From contig CAMCMZ010000010.1 in the NCBI GenBank assembly GCA_945876185.1, forward strand, positions 4,614 through 68,613: 64,000 nt of DNA, written 5' to 3'. The position numbers and the translations under genes were made by a program. Below, in pieces: positions 1-11,221 of this stretch; within the stretch, counting starts at the first letter, position 1, and each line of letters starts with the position of its first letter. The notes beneath the pieces are model-generated. The model did no database searches, was not told where the DNA came from, and saw nothing but the letters and a program-made list of their open reading frames with translations. The DNA comes from Candidatus Kuenenia stuttgartensis (GTDB taxonomy: Bacteria > Planctomycetota > UBA11346).

Positions 1-1
1 G

Positions 2-379
2 GGTGTCCTGGGCGGAACCTGGCCCGATGCCGCCAGCGAATGGGAAGCCTCCGCCCTGGCCTGCGCCGCCATCCGCGATCGCCTTGGGCTCAGTTGGGCC
101 ATGTGCCATTGCGTGCGCAGTGCAGCGGTCGCTTGGGCGGACGGTCTCGCCCGACCACGCGGCCAGGTTGGCTGCCCCGGCTTCTTCACCGCCAAGCCGC
201 GCATCACCACCGGCGCCGGCGACCACTTCAACGCCGGTTTCTTCACCGCGCTGCTCGCCGGGCTGGAACCGGCGCATTGCATCCAGGCCGGTGGCGCCAC
301 CAGCGGCCACTACGTGCGGACCGGGAAGTCTCCGAGCCGGATTGAGATCACCGCCTTTCTGCGGGCCGAGAACGCATGA
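2..379 (+). CDS. PfkB-family sugar/carbohydrate kinase, C-terminal fragment (5' end lies outside the window)
   Basis: Frame 2 is open from the window edge to the stop at 377-379. The translation contains a PfkB signature-like motif, TTGAGDHFNAGF. Its C-terminus resembles the gene at 43373-44503 (LTGAGDRFNAGY). Confidence 0.6.
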   Translation, partial: GVLGGTWPDAASEWEASALACAAIRDRLGLSWAMCHCVRSAAVAWADGLARPRGQVGCPGFFTAKPRITTGAGDHFNAGFFTALLAGLEPAHCIQAGGATSGHYVRTGKSPSRIEITAFLRAENA

Positions 380-588
380 ATCAGCGCTTGACAAGCAGGC
401 GTTCATACGCCTTTCCGTGTCCGGCACCTGCCGCCGCAGGCGACACTTTCGGGTTGACTGCGCCGATCCTGCGACTGCATGCGAACTGTCATCCGCTCGT
501 TCCGTCAAGAGGTCGGATCGGACTCTTTTCGTGCGCTCTTGCGGCCTCACCGGTACTGCTCTAGACATCGCCCCCCAGCCCGCGCTCC

Positions 589-2094
589 ATGATCCCTCAC
601 ACCGTCGACCTTGCTGATGCCACCGGCCCTGACGCCAACGAGGCGCGACCTGCCCGCAGCGAACGCGCTCGCCCCGCCCCCCCAGGGCCGCGCCAGACGG
701 TCGTGCGCCAGCCGGTAGACAGCAGCGACCTGGGCGCCGCCTGGCCCGAGATCATCCGCCGCCTCTCGACGCCCGAGCACACCGCCGGCGTGCGCCTGTT
801 CCTCGCCTCGGCCAAGGTGCGGCCGACCGGGCTGGTCGATGGCGTCCTCGCGATCGACTGCCCGACCGCGATGTTCCAGGAGAAGATCCGCGAACGCTAC
901 GGTGCGATGCTGATCGAGGCCGCGACCGCCGTGCTGGGCCAACCGGTGCGCGAGATCGCCTGCCGCGTCACCGGTGCCGCCAGCCGCGAGCACGAATCCA
1001 AGGTCGCCTCCGTCGCGGCTGAAATCGCGCGTGGCAGCGATGCTGACGGCAGGCCCGGCCGCGCCTGGGGCCACGGCTTCAAGCTGCTCGACACCTTCGT
1101 GGTGGGATCATGCAACCGCCTCGCCTACGATGCGGTGATGGCGATCATCAACCGGCCCGACACGGCGGTGAATCCGCTCTTCATCCACGGCGCGTCGGGA
1201 CTTGGCAAGACCCACCTGGAACAAGGCCTGGCCATCGCCTTCAAGGAGCGCCATCCGCGCGCCAAGGTCCAGTACATCCGTTGCGAGCAATTCACCAACG
1301 ATTTCATCGCCGCCTGCAACCAGGGGCCGGAAGCCATCCGCGCCTTCCGGGTGCGCATGCGCCATCCTGATTTGCTGCTGATCGACGACATCCACTTCCT
1401 CAGCCAGGGACTGAAGGTCCGCACCAAGGACGAGCTGTTCTCGACCTTCGATGAACTCACCGAGCAGGGCAAGCGGGTGGTGATCACCTCTGACGCCAAG
1501 CCGCGCGACATCCAGTACCTGGAAGAACGCTTCGTCCAGCGTTTCGCGGGTGGTTTAGTGGTCGAGCTGCTGCGCCCGGATCCGGCCGTGCGGCGTGAGA
1601 TCATCCAAAGCAAGGCCCGCTCGCAGGTGGTGGCGCTGCCCGAATCCGTGGTCGACTACGTCGCCGACCACATCACCGACAACATCCGCGAGCTTGAAGG
1701 CGCAGTGAACAAACTCGTCCAGTTTGCACGCAGCTTCGATCGTAAGATCGACCTCGACCTCGCCCGTCAGGCTCTGGCCGACGTGGTCGAGCGCGCTGCC
1801 GGCGAGTCCGTCGAGGTCATGGTCCTGCGCGAGGTCGCCAAGCACTTCGAGATCGAGGTCGCGGATTTGACCGGCGGCAGCCGCGCCGGGGGCCGCTCGG
1901 CCGCCCGCCACGTCGCCATGTACGTGCTGAAATCCGCGAGTTCGCGCACCTATTCCGAGATCGGCCGAGCCCTGGGGGTGAAGAGCCACGCCAGCGTCGC
2001 GCACGCCTGCGAACAGGTCGCGCGCCGCCGCGCCGCTACGCCAGCGCTCGATGCGTTCATCGACGACCTGGTGCTGCGCACGCGCCGGACCTGA
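589..2094 (+). CDS. dnaA: Chromosomal replication initiator DnaA
   Basis: 501-aa ORF with AAA+ Walker A (GASGLGKTHL) and Walker B (LLLIDDIHFL). It has a C-terminal DnaA domain IV-like helix-turn-helix (AARHVAMYVLK...GVKSHASVAHA). The N-terminal ~45 aa may be an over-extension. Confidence 0.95.
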   Translation: MIPHTVDLADATGPDANEARPARSERARPAPPGPRQTVVRQPVDSSDLGAAWPEIIRRLSTPEHTAGVRLFLASAKVRPTGLVDGVLAIDCPTAMFQEKIRERYGAMLIEAATAVLGQPVREIACRVTGAASREHESKVASVAAEIARGSDADGRPGRAWGHGFKLLDTFVVGSCNRLAYDAVMAIINRPDTAVNPLFIHGASGLGKTHLEQGLAIAFKERHPRAKVQYIRCEQFTNDFIAACNQGPEAIRAFRVRMRHPDLLLIDDIHFLSQGLKVRTKDELFSTFDELTEQGKRVVITSDAKPRDIQYLEERFVQRFAGGLVVELLRPDPAVRREIIQSKARSQVVALPESVVDYVADHITDNIRELEGAVNKLVQFARSFDRKIDLDLARQALADVVERAAGESVEVMVLREVAKHFEIEVADLTGGSRAGGRSAARHVAMYVLKSASSRTYSEIGRALGVKSHASVAHACEQVARRRAATPALDAFIDDLVLRTRRT

Positions 2095-2162
2095 GCGACC
2101 GCGGCCGCAACCTCGCCAGTCTTCCAAGTCAGGCATCCGCGCAGGCGGAAAAGCGCAGCGAG

Positions 2163-5100
2163 ATGGTTCTTCCACGCGCAGCAGCCTGGACTAGCCTGCC
2201 GCCCACCATGGTTCCCGGTCGGATCAGGCTGCTCGCCGCGTTGGCCGCGCTCGTTTTCGCTGCCTTGGCGGCCCAGGCCGGCGAGGCCGTGAATCTCGTT
2301 CCGCCTGGGGTGCAGCGCCTCGCCTTGACTGAAGGCGAACGCGCCTGGCTGGCAGCGCATCCCGCCATCACCATCGCACTCGATGACGGCAATCCGCCCC
2401 TCAATTTCCGCCAGGCCGACGGCGGTTATGCCGGGATCAGCGTCGACTACCTGCGGCTGATCACCGCCAAGGTGGGCCTGGAACTGCACCTGGAAGGCTC
2501 GACCTGGAGCGAAGCCCTGGCCAAGGCGATGGCGCACCAGGTCGACGGCCTGATGTCGGCCTCCGACAAGGCGGAGCGTCGGGTCGCGTTGGGTTTCACC
2601 GCCGCCTATTGCGTGACCCCGGTGGCGATGGTCACCGCGCAGGACTTCCCCCAGGTGGAAAACCTGGCCGGCTTCGCGCGGCGGCGGGTGGCGGTGGTCG
2701 CCGGGACGATCCGCATCCCGCTCCTCAAGGACCACTGCCCCACGGCGACGCTGGTCGAGGTCGCAACTGCCCAGGACGGCATCAAGGCCCTGACCGAGGG
2801 CGGGGCCGAGGCGTTCTTCGACGATCTGCCGGTGGTGCAGAACTTCATCGACCACCACATGATTTCGCGTCTACGTGTCGCGCTGCTGTATTTCATTCCT
2901 GAAGTTGGGGCGCAGCGCGTCGCGGTGCGCAACGACCGGCCGGAACTGCTGGCCATCCTCGACAAGGCGATCGCGGCGATCAGCCCGGATGAGCATCGCG
3001 CCATCCAGGACCGTTGGCTGCGCCTGGCCGACAAGGCCGTCGTGCAGCGGGATCTCGGCCTGACGGTGGGCGAACGCGCCTGGCTGACGGCGCATCCAGT
3101 GGTCCGGGTCGGCTGCGATCCCGCCTGGCCGCCGTTGGAATGGGTCGATGACCAGGGCCGGCGCCAGGGCATTTCGGCCGACTATCTCAAGCGGCTGGAA
3201 GGCATGCTGGGCATCCGCTTCGAGATCGATGCCGCCACCGCCTGGCCGGACATCATGCGCCGGGCCGCGGCGGGCCAGATCGACGTGGTCGCCTGCATGG
3301 GGGACACCCCGGAACGCCGCCGGCAGTTCGCCTTTACCAAAGCCTATGTCACCTTCCCGATCTCGATCTTCGCCCGCAACGAGGTCGGCTACGTGGCCGG
3401 GATCGAGGCCCTGGCGGGGCGGCGCGTCGTGGTGGTCCGCGGCTACGTCGAGGATGAGCAGCTCCGCATCGGTCACCCCGAACTGACGCTGATCCAGGTG
3501 TCCACCGTCGAAGAAGCCCTGGCACGTCTGCGCCGGGGCGAGGCCGATGCCTACGTTGGCGGCCTGCTGCCCACCGCCTTCCAGATCCAGAAGCAGGGTG
3601 AGTTCGCCATCCACGTGGTCGGCGAGACGCCCTACGTCTACCGCCAGGCGATGGCGGTTCGCCCGGACTGGCCGGAACTGGCGGCGATTCTGGACAAGGC
3701 CCTGGCCGCGATCCCGCCCGAGGACCGCACCGCGATGGAACGCAAATGGGTGAGCCTGCGGTTCGAGCACGGCTTCGATGCCGCGTTGCTGTGGCAGCTC
3801 GGCATCCCGCTGGCGGTCGTGCTGGCGTTGTTCGTCTTCTGGAACCGCCGGCTGCGGGCCGAAGTGCGTCAGCGCACCCGGGTCGAGGCCGAACTGGTGG
3901 CCTACCGCGATCGGTTGGAGGACCTCGTCCAGGCCCGCACCGCGGATCTTCAGGCGGCGCTCAGCGACCTGCGCCGCCTCGCCGCCGCCGTCGACCAGGC
4001 GGCCGAGGGCGTGGTCATCGCCGATCCCGACGGGCGCATCGCGTTCGTCAATCCGGCCTTCACCCGCCTCACCGGCCGGGATGCGTCGGCGGCGATGCGC
4101 CTCGATCTCGCCAGCATCGGCCTGCCCTGGAACGATTCCGCCCTGCGCCAGGGGCGCTGGCAGGGCCGCATCGCCCTGCGCCGGCCGGACGGGTCCGGGG
4201 TCGACATCGAAGCCACGGTATCGGCCGTCACCGCCGGCGGCAGCCTGGTCAACCTGGTCTCGATCCTGCGCGACATCACGGTGGAGCGCGGTATCGAACT
4301 CCGCCTGGCCCAGTCCCAGAAGCTGGAGGCGATCGGCACCCTGGCCGGCGGCATTGCCCACGATTTCAACAACATCCTCACCATGATCATCGGTTCGGCG
4401 GAACTGGCCGCCCGGGCGAACGCCGACGAAGCACGCCGGGTCAAGAGCCTGGAGACCATCCTGACCGCCTCTGATCGTGCCCGCGACCTGGTGCGCCAGA
4501 TTCTGACCTTCGCGCGCGGCCGGCCGGTCAAGCGACGGCCGGTCGAACTGGCGGCGGTGGTGCACGCCGGGCTCAAGCTCATCCGCGCCTCGCTGCCGGC
4601 CTCGATCGAGATCAGCACCGACCTCGCCGCGCCGATCCAGATTCTCGGTGATCCCACCCAGATCGACCAGATCCTCATGAACCTGTGCACCAACGCCGGC
4701 CTGGCCATGCCCGACGGTGGCCGGTTGGACATCGGCCTCGCCCGGGTCGAACTCGACGCCGGGGACGCCGCCCTCCAGGTCGGCTTGAATCCCGGCCCGC
4801 ACGCCCGCCTGACCGTGCGCGACACCGGGGTCGGCATGACGCCCGAGATCCAGGCGCGCATCTTCGAGCCGTTCTTCACCACCCGCAGCAACGGCAGCGG
4901 TACCGGCAAGGGCACCGGCCTCGGCCTCGCCGTGGTGCACGGCATTGTGCGCGATTACGGCGGCGCCATTTCCGTCGCGAGCGAACCGGGACGCGGCACC
5001 ACCTTCACCATCCACCTGCCCCTTGCCGACCACGCGGCTGAACCTGCCCCCGTCGAGGCGGCGAGCCTGCCGCGCGGAAGCGAACGCATCCTCTTCGTCG

Positions 5101-5441
5101 ACGACGAACCCGTGCTGCGCGTCCTCGCCGAGGAAATGCTCGGTTCGCTCGGTTACCGCGTCACGGTCGCCAGCGACGGCCAGGCCGCGTTGGAAGAGCT
5201 CGAACGCACGCCCACAGGCTTCGACCTGGTGATCACCGACACCTCGATGCCCCGGATGACCGGCCTGGTCCTGATCGCAGAACTGCGCCGGCGCTTTCCC
5301 GCCCTGCCCATCATCCAGTGCTCGGGCGAGAGCGACGGCGAGGGCCACGCCGGTGTCCAAACCGGCGCCGCCCGCTTCCTGGCCAAGCCGATGACCATCG
5401 CCGAACTGGCGACGGCGGTGCGCGAGGTGCTCGACGGCTGA
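2163..5441 (+). CDS. Hybrid sensor histidine kinase: two periplasmic solute-binding (SBP_bac_3-like) domains, TM, PAS, HisKA, HATPase and a C-terminal receiver
   Basis: Signal/TM segment RIRLLAALAALVFAALAAQA; an alternative ATG at 2208 sits just before it. Two repeated SBP-like blocks. TM segment LWQLGIPLAVVLALFVFW. PAS (GVVIADPDGRIAFVNPAF), H-box (GGIAHDFNNILT), G-boxes (DTGVGM, GTGLGLAVV) and receiver (ILFVDDEP...DLVITDTSMPRMTG...KP). Confidence 0.9.
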   Translation: MVLPRAAAWTSLPPTMVPGRIRLLAALAALVFAALAAQAGEAVNLVPPGVQRLALTEGERAWLAAHPAITIALDDGNPPLNFRQADGGYAGISVDYLRLITAKVGLELHLEGSTWSEALAKAMAHQVDGLMSASDKAERRVALGFTAAYCVTPVAMVTAQDFPQVENLAGFARRRVAVVAGTIRIPLLKDHCPTATLVEVATAQDGIKALTEGGAEAFFDDLPVVQNFIDHHMISRLRVALLYFIPEVGAQRVAVRNDRPELLAILDKAIAAISPDEHRAIQDRWLRLADKAVVQRDLGLTVGERAWLTAHPVVRVGCDPAWPPLEWVDDQGRRQGISADYLKRLEGMLGIRFEIDAATAWPDIMRRAAAGQIDVVACMGDTPERRRQFAFTKAYVTFPISIFARNEVGYVAGIEALAGRRVVVVRGYVEDEQLRIGHPELTLIQVSTVEEALARLRRGEADAYVGGLLPTAFQIQKQGEFAIHVVGETPYVYRQAMAVRPDWPELAAILDKALAAIPPEDRTAMERKWVSLRFEHGFDAALLWQLGIPLAVVLALFVFWNRRLRAEVRQRTRVEAELVAYRDRLEDLVQARTADLQAALSDLRRLAAAVDQAAEGVVIADPDGRIAFVNPAFTRLTGRDASAAMRLDLASIGLPWNDSALRQGRWQGRIALRRPDGSGVDIEATVSAVTAGGSLVNLVSILRDITVERGIELRLAQSQKLEAIGTLAGGIAHDFNNILTMIIGSAELAARANADEARRVKSLETILTASDRARDLVRQILTFARGRPVKRRPVELAAVVHAGLKLIRASLPASIEISTDLAAPIQILGDPTQIDQILMNLCTNAGLAMPDGGRLDIGLARVELDAGDAALQVGLNPGPHARLTVRDTGVGMTPEIQARIFEPFFTTRSNGSGTGKGTGLGLAVVHGIVRDYGGAISVASEPGRGTTFTIHLPLADHAAEPAPVEAASLPRGSERILFVDDEPVLRVLAEEMLGSLGYRVTVASDGQAALEELERTPTGFDLVITDTSMPRMTGLVLIAELRRRFPALPIIQCSGESDGEGHAGVQTGAARFLAKPMTIAELATAVREVLDG

Positions 5442-5510
5442 GGTGGTCACAGGTCGTGGCATGCCTCTGGGAACACTGGTGGGGCGTGGCCTCGACGTCA
5501 CCATGCGAGC

Positions 5511-6206
5511 GTGGCCAGTTCGTTCGCTTCGACCCGTTGGAGCCAGGTGCTGGCGGCCGGATCCACCGACTCGGCCGAGGCCCGCGCCGCGTTGAGTTGG
5601 CTGTGCGAACGCCAGTGGTCGCCGCTGGTGCGTCAGGCCCAGCGCTGGGGATTGAACCCTGAAGCCGCTGAAGATGCAGTGCAGGACTTCTGCTGCCGGC
5701 TCATCGAGCGCCGTGCTGACTTGGGCGGATTGGATCCCGCCGCCGGGCGGTTTCGCGCCTGGTTGCTCACCGTCTTCCGCAACTTCCTGCGCGACCGCCA
5801 CGCCCACGAAGTCGCCGCCAAGCGTGGCGGCGGCACCCGGCGGACGGACCCGGCCTTCGCGGAATGCGCCGCCGCAGTCAGCGAGCCCGATTTTGACCGC
5901 GACTGGGCCGAGGTGCTCTTGGCCCAGGCGCTCGACCGGTTGCAGCGGGAAAATGTCAGCGCGACCCAGCGGTATGCCGCGCTCAAACCCTTCCTGTCCG
6001 GCAGTCCGGATGCGGGTGCCTATGCCGCGGCTGGCAGCGCCCTAGGCCTGAATGAAGGCGCGATCAAGGTGGCGGTGCATCGCCTGCGCCAACGCCTGCG
6101 CGAACTCCTGCGCCAGGCCGTGGCCGAGACCCTGGCCAACCCCAGTCCTGAGGCGATCGACGACGAGGTGCAGGCCCTGGTGGCGGCGCTGTCGCGGCCG
6201 AGGTAA
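5511..6206 (+). CDS. ECF-type RNA polymerase sigma factor (kinase-associated type)
   Basis: GTG start. The N-terminus (STRWSQVLAAG...AEARAALSWLCERQWSPLVRQA...AEDAVQDFCCRLIE) and the C-terminal region-4-like segment (GAIKVAVHRLRQRLRELL) are typical of ECF sigmas encoded next to Ser/Thr kinases. It lies 65 nt upstream of a kinase gene. Confidence 0.8.
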   Translation: MASSFASTRWSQVLAAGSTDSAEARAALSWLCERQWSPLVRQAQRWGLNPEAAEDAVQDFCCRLIERRADLGGLDPAAGRFRAWLLTVFRNFLRDRHAHEVAAKRGGGTRRTDPAFAECAAAVSEPDFDRDWAEVLLAQALDRLQRENVSATQRYAALKPFLSGSPDAGAYAAAGSALGLNEGAIKVAVHRLRQRLRELLRQAVAETLANPSPEAIDDEVQALVAALSRPR

Positions 6207-6271
6207 CCACTGACAGGGTTTGCCGTGGTGGTAGGCAGGAATGAGCCGCACGTGCTGCGGCGGGGGAACGC

Positions 6272-8350
6272 ATGAACTCAGTAGTCTCCTACGACGGTCA
6301 ATCGCTCGCAAACTTGATTGGATTTGGACAGGGGATCTTCGTCCTCGGGGTAGTTCTGGTTTTCCTGGTCGTGATTGGACTCTTGTCCTGGTTTTTCGCA
6401 CCGCGATCACGAGCTCTGGGATATGTGGTAGGGGGTTTAGGTCTGATGTTTGGATTATTGGGCTTTTTCACCCTCAACGGTGAGATCCCGTGGACCCAGT
6501 GGTTGGGCACCGAGATATCACGGCCAGGCGAAAAGTGGCTCGGCTGGTTCATGATATGGCTTGATCTCTTGCTAATTGCAGTGGTTCCTGGACTTTGCAG
6601 GACCCCCGTCGTGCCAACAGCTCCGGTGGCCCCGCCCGCACCGAGTCCAGTCGGGCCGGTATTAGCCCAGACTGGGGATCCCGATCCGTATCGGATCTAC
6701 GCCGAGGCGGTCTCCCCGCCGGTCCCGCGCAGTTCTGCTCCGGAACTTGCCGAGCTGGCACCCCATTTCCCCGAGCTCGATTTGCTCGAACTGATTGGCC
6801 AGGGCGGCATGGGCGCGGTGTACCGCGTCCGTCGCCACGCAGATTCGGCTTTGCTGGCTCTCAAGGTGGTCCGCATCAGCGACGACGATCGCGAGGGTTT
6901 CGCCGAGCGTTTCGCGCGTGAGGCCGAGGCCCTGACCCGGCTCGATCATCCCCACATCGTGGCGATACGAGGCCATGGCCGCGCTGGACCCTGGTGCTGG
7001 TTGCTCATGGATCTGGTCGAGGGCGCCAATCTGCGCCAGGTGGTCGCCACCGGCCGCCTGAGTCCGACCCAGACCCTGGCGTTGGTGCCGCCGCTGTGCG
7101 CTGCGCTGCAATACGCCCACGATCGCGGCGTGGTGCATCGCGACATCAAGCCCGAGAACATCCTTCTCGATGCCGCCGGCAACCCCCGGATTGTGGATTT
7201 CGGCCTTGCCAAACTGCGCCGCGTTGGAGACCAAAATCACACTCGCACCGGCGCGGTGATGGGTACCCCCCATTACATGGCCCCGGAACAGGTCGAGGAG
7301 GCCAAGGACGTCGATCACCGCGCCGACATCTATGCCCTCGGTGTGGTGGTCTATGAACTGCTCACGGGTCAGTTGCCGCTGGGCCGCTTCGAACCTCCCT
7401 CGCACCGGGTCGCGGTCGACGTGCGCATCGACGAGGTGGTGCTGAAGGCCCTGGAACGCGACCCCGAACGCCGCTGGCAGCAGGTCGGACAGGTCGGTCG
7501 CGCCGTCGATGCCATCGACCGGTCAAACGAGCGACCCCGCGTCGAGCTAGTTGGCGCGCCCACTGGTTCGCCGCCGATCGCCATAGCGGAATCCGCAGCG
7601 CCGACTCAGGCCTGGGGCATGGACGTGCAGACCTTCTGCGCCCTCCTGCATCTGTCCCAATTCGCTGGCATCATCATTCCTGCCCTCGGTTGGATCCTGC
7701 CACTCGTCATGTGGTTGAGCTGCCGGCATCGGCATTCAGACATCGACAACCACGGCCGGGTGGTGGTCAATTGGCTGATCAGTGAACTCATCTACGTCAT
7801 CGTCTGCGTGGTGCTGTGCTTCGTCCTGATCGGCATTCCGCTGCTGATCGCACTGCTGTTGATCGGCCTGATCTTCCCGATCATCGGCGCGGTGCGCGCC
7901 GGCCGGGGCGAGGTCTGGAACTATCCGCTCGCCATCCCGTTTTGCGGCCGGGGCGAAGGGCGACCTTCACCATCTGGGCAAGCGCGATCGGGTTGTGGCG
8001 TTGGCTGCTTGATCGCGGTTGCGGTCGTGACGGTGGTGCTGGTGATTGCGGCGGTGTCATTTGGCGTTTTGTTGTTGGCCCGATCGGAAAGACCAGTTCC
8101 GATACAACAGGTCGATCTGTCTTTGACGGGAGTGACCTGGACCGTCAAGGATTATGAATCAGTCGTCCGCCCCCTCGTCGAATCCCTGAGTTCCGATCGC
8201 CGCCGCAAGCCCTGGCCGGTGGAGGGAAAGCCGCAAGTGGTCATTGGACCCATCGACATCCAACGGGCTGACCAAGCCCTCGGCTTCAGTCGTCCCTACG
8301 GGACTGGCTACCTCCTTCTTACTCGTCCCGGGGTTGAAACCCCGGGCTAA
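6272..8350 (+). CDS. Membrane-embedded Ser/Thr protein kinase: N-terminal multi-TM region, Hanks kinase domain, DUF4870-like TM domain and an extra C-terminal TM plus tail
   Basis: Kinase motifs GQGGMGAVYR, ALK, HRDIKPENILL, DFGLAK, GTPHYMAPE. The DUF4870-like block is CALLHLSQFAGIIIPALGWILPLVMW...HGRVVVNWLIS. The last ~22 codons lie inside a repeat element (see 8283-8375). Confidence 0.85.
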   Translation: MNSVVSYDGQSLANLIGFGQGIFVLGVVLVFLVVIGLLSWFFAPRSRALGYVVGGLGLMFGLLGFFTLNGEIPWTQWLGTEISRPGEKWLGWFMIWLDLLLIAVVPGLCRTPVVPTAPVAPPAPSPVGPVLAQTGDPDPYRIYAEAVSPPVPRSSAPELAELAPHFPELDLLELIGQGGMGAVYRVRRHADSALLALKVVRISDDDREGFAERFAREAEALTRLDHPHIVAIRGHGRAGPWCWLLMDLVEGANLRQVVATGRLSPTQTLALVPPLCAALQYAHDRGVVHRDIKPENILLDAAGNPRIVDFGLAKLRRVGDQNHTRTGAVMGTPHYMAPEQVEEAKDVDHRADIYALGVVVYELLTGQLPLGRFEPPSHRVAVDVRIDEVVLKALERDPERRWQQVGQVGRAVDAIDRSNERPRVELVGAPTGSPPIAIAESAAPTQAWGMDVQTFCALLHLSQFAGIIIPALGWILPLVMWLSCRHRHSDIDNHGRVVVNWLISELIYVIVCVVLCFVLIGIPLLIALLLIGLIFPIIGAVRAGRGEVWNYPLAIPFCGRGEGRPSPSGQARSGCGVGCLIAVAVVTVVLVIAAVSFGVLLLARSERPVPIQQVDLSLTGVTWTVKDYESVVRPLVESLSSDRRRKPWPVEGKPQVVIGPIDIQRADQALGFSRPYGTGYLLLTRPGVETPG

Positions 8351-8375
8351 CCTCACCGCGTCCCTACGGGACGCG
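8283..8375 (+). repeat. Composite hairpin repeat element, copy 1 (three hairpin modules)
   Basis: Layout: cttcagTcgtccctacgggact - 21 nt - cccggggttgaaaccccgggcta - 9 nt - cgtccctacgggacg. CGTCCC/GGGACG forms a 6-bp stem and CCCGGGGT/ACCCCGGG an 8-bp stem. The element overlaps the 3' end and the TAA stop (8348-8350) of the kinase gene. Confidence 0.85.
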
Positions 8376-8413
8376 CGGTTTCCTCAATTACACTGAAATT
8401 TCCTGAGTATTTC

Positions 8414-8506
8414 CGTCCCGTAGGGACGAGGTGATGGTAGCCCGGGGTTTCAACCCCGGGTTTCACGACCATCGAGTGAAACTAGTCCCGTAGGGACGGC
8501 TGAAGA
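8414..8506 (-). repeat. Composite hairpin repeat element, copy 2 (inverted relative to copy 1)
   Basis: The reverse complement reads cttcagCcgtccctacgggact - 23 nt - cccggggttgaaaccccgggcta - 9 nt - cgtccctacgggacg. It has the same three modules, in the same order and with near-identical cores, as copy 1. Confidence 0.85.
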
Positions 8507-8688
8507 CCTGCTTAGGCTCATGGCCGATTCCTACGGATCAGGATCTCTGAAATTCCATGTCGGTCAGCGGAAATCAGCGGCATGAGAGCCGCAATTACCG
8601 ACTTTCCTTCACCTTGAAAACGACCAAGGGCGATGCTGTGATCTGGAAGGACTCGGTGGAACGGACCGTAACTTGGCAGTAACGCTGC

Positions 8689-11130
<2,442 letters not shown>

Positions 11131-11221
11131 CGGGGTTTCCGGGTTGGGGTCGGGGCGAGAATGGGTGCGGTCTAGGTAGGCCGCAGGAGGAAGACAAAAA
11201 AGTGCGCGGTGGCGATGGGCA

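Noticed and set aside
380-588. oriC / DnaA-box cluster upstream of dnaA.
   Set aside because: A visual scan found no close match to TTATCCACA on either strand and no AT-rich unwinding element. I report this as an absence, not as a feature.
2871-5807. 978-aa ORF on the minus strand.
   Set aside because: It lies entirely antisense to the well-supported hybrid histidine kinase and the start of the ECF sigma gene. Its composition is Arg/Gly/Ala/Pro-dominated and I recognised no motifs. It is a typical high-GC shadow ORF.
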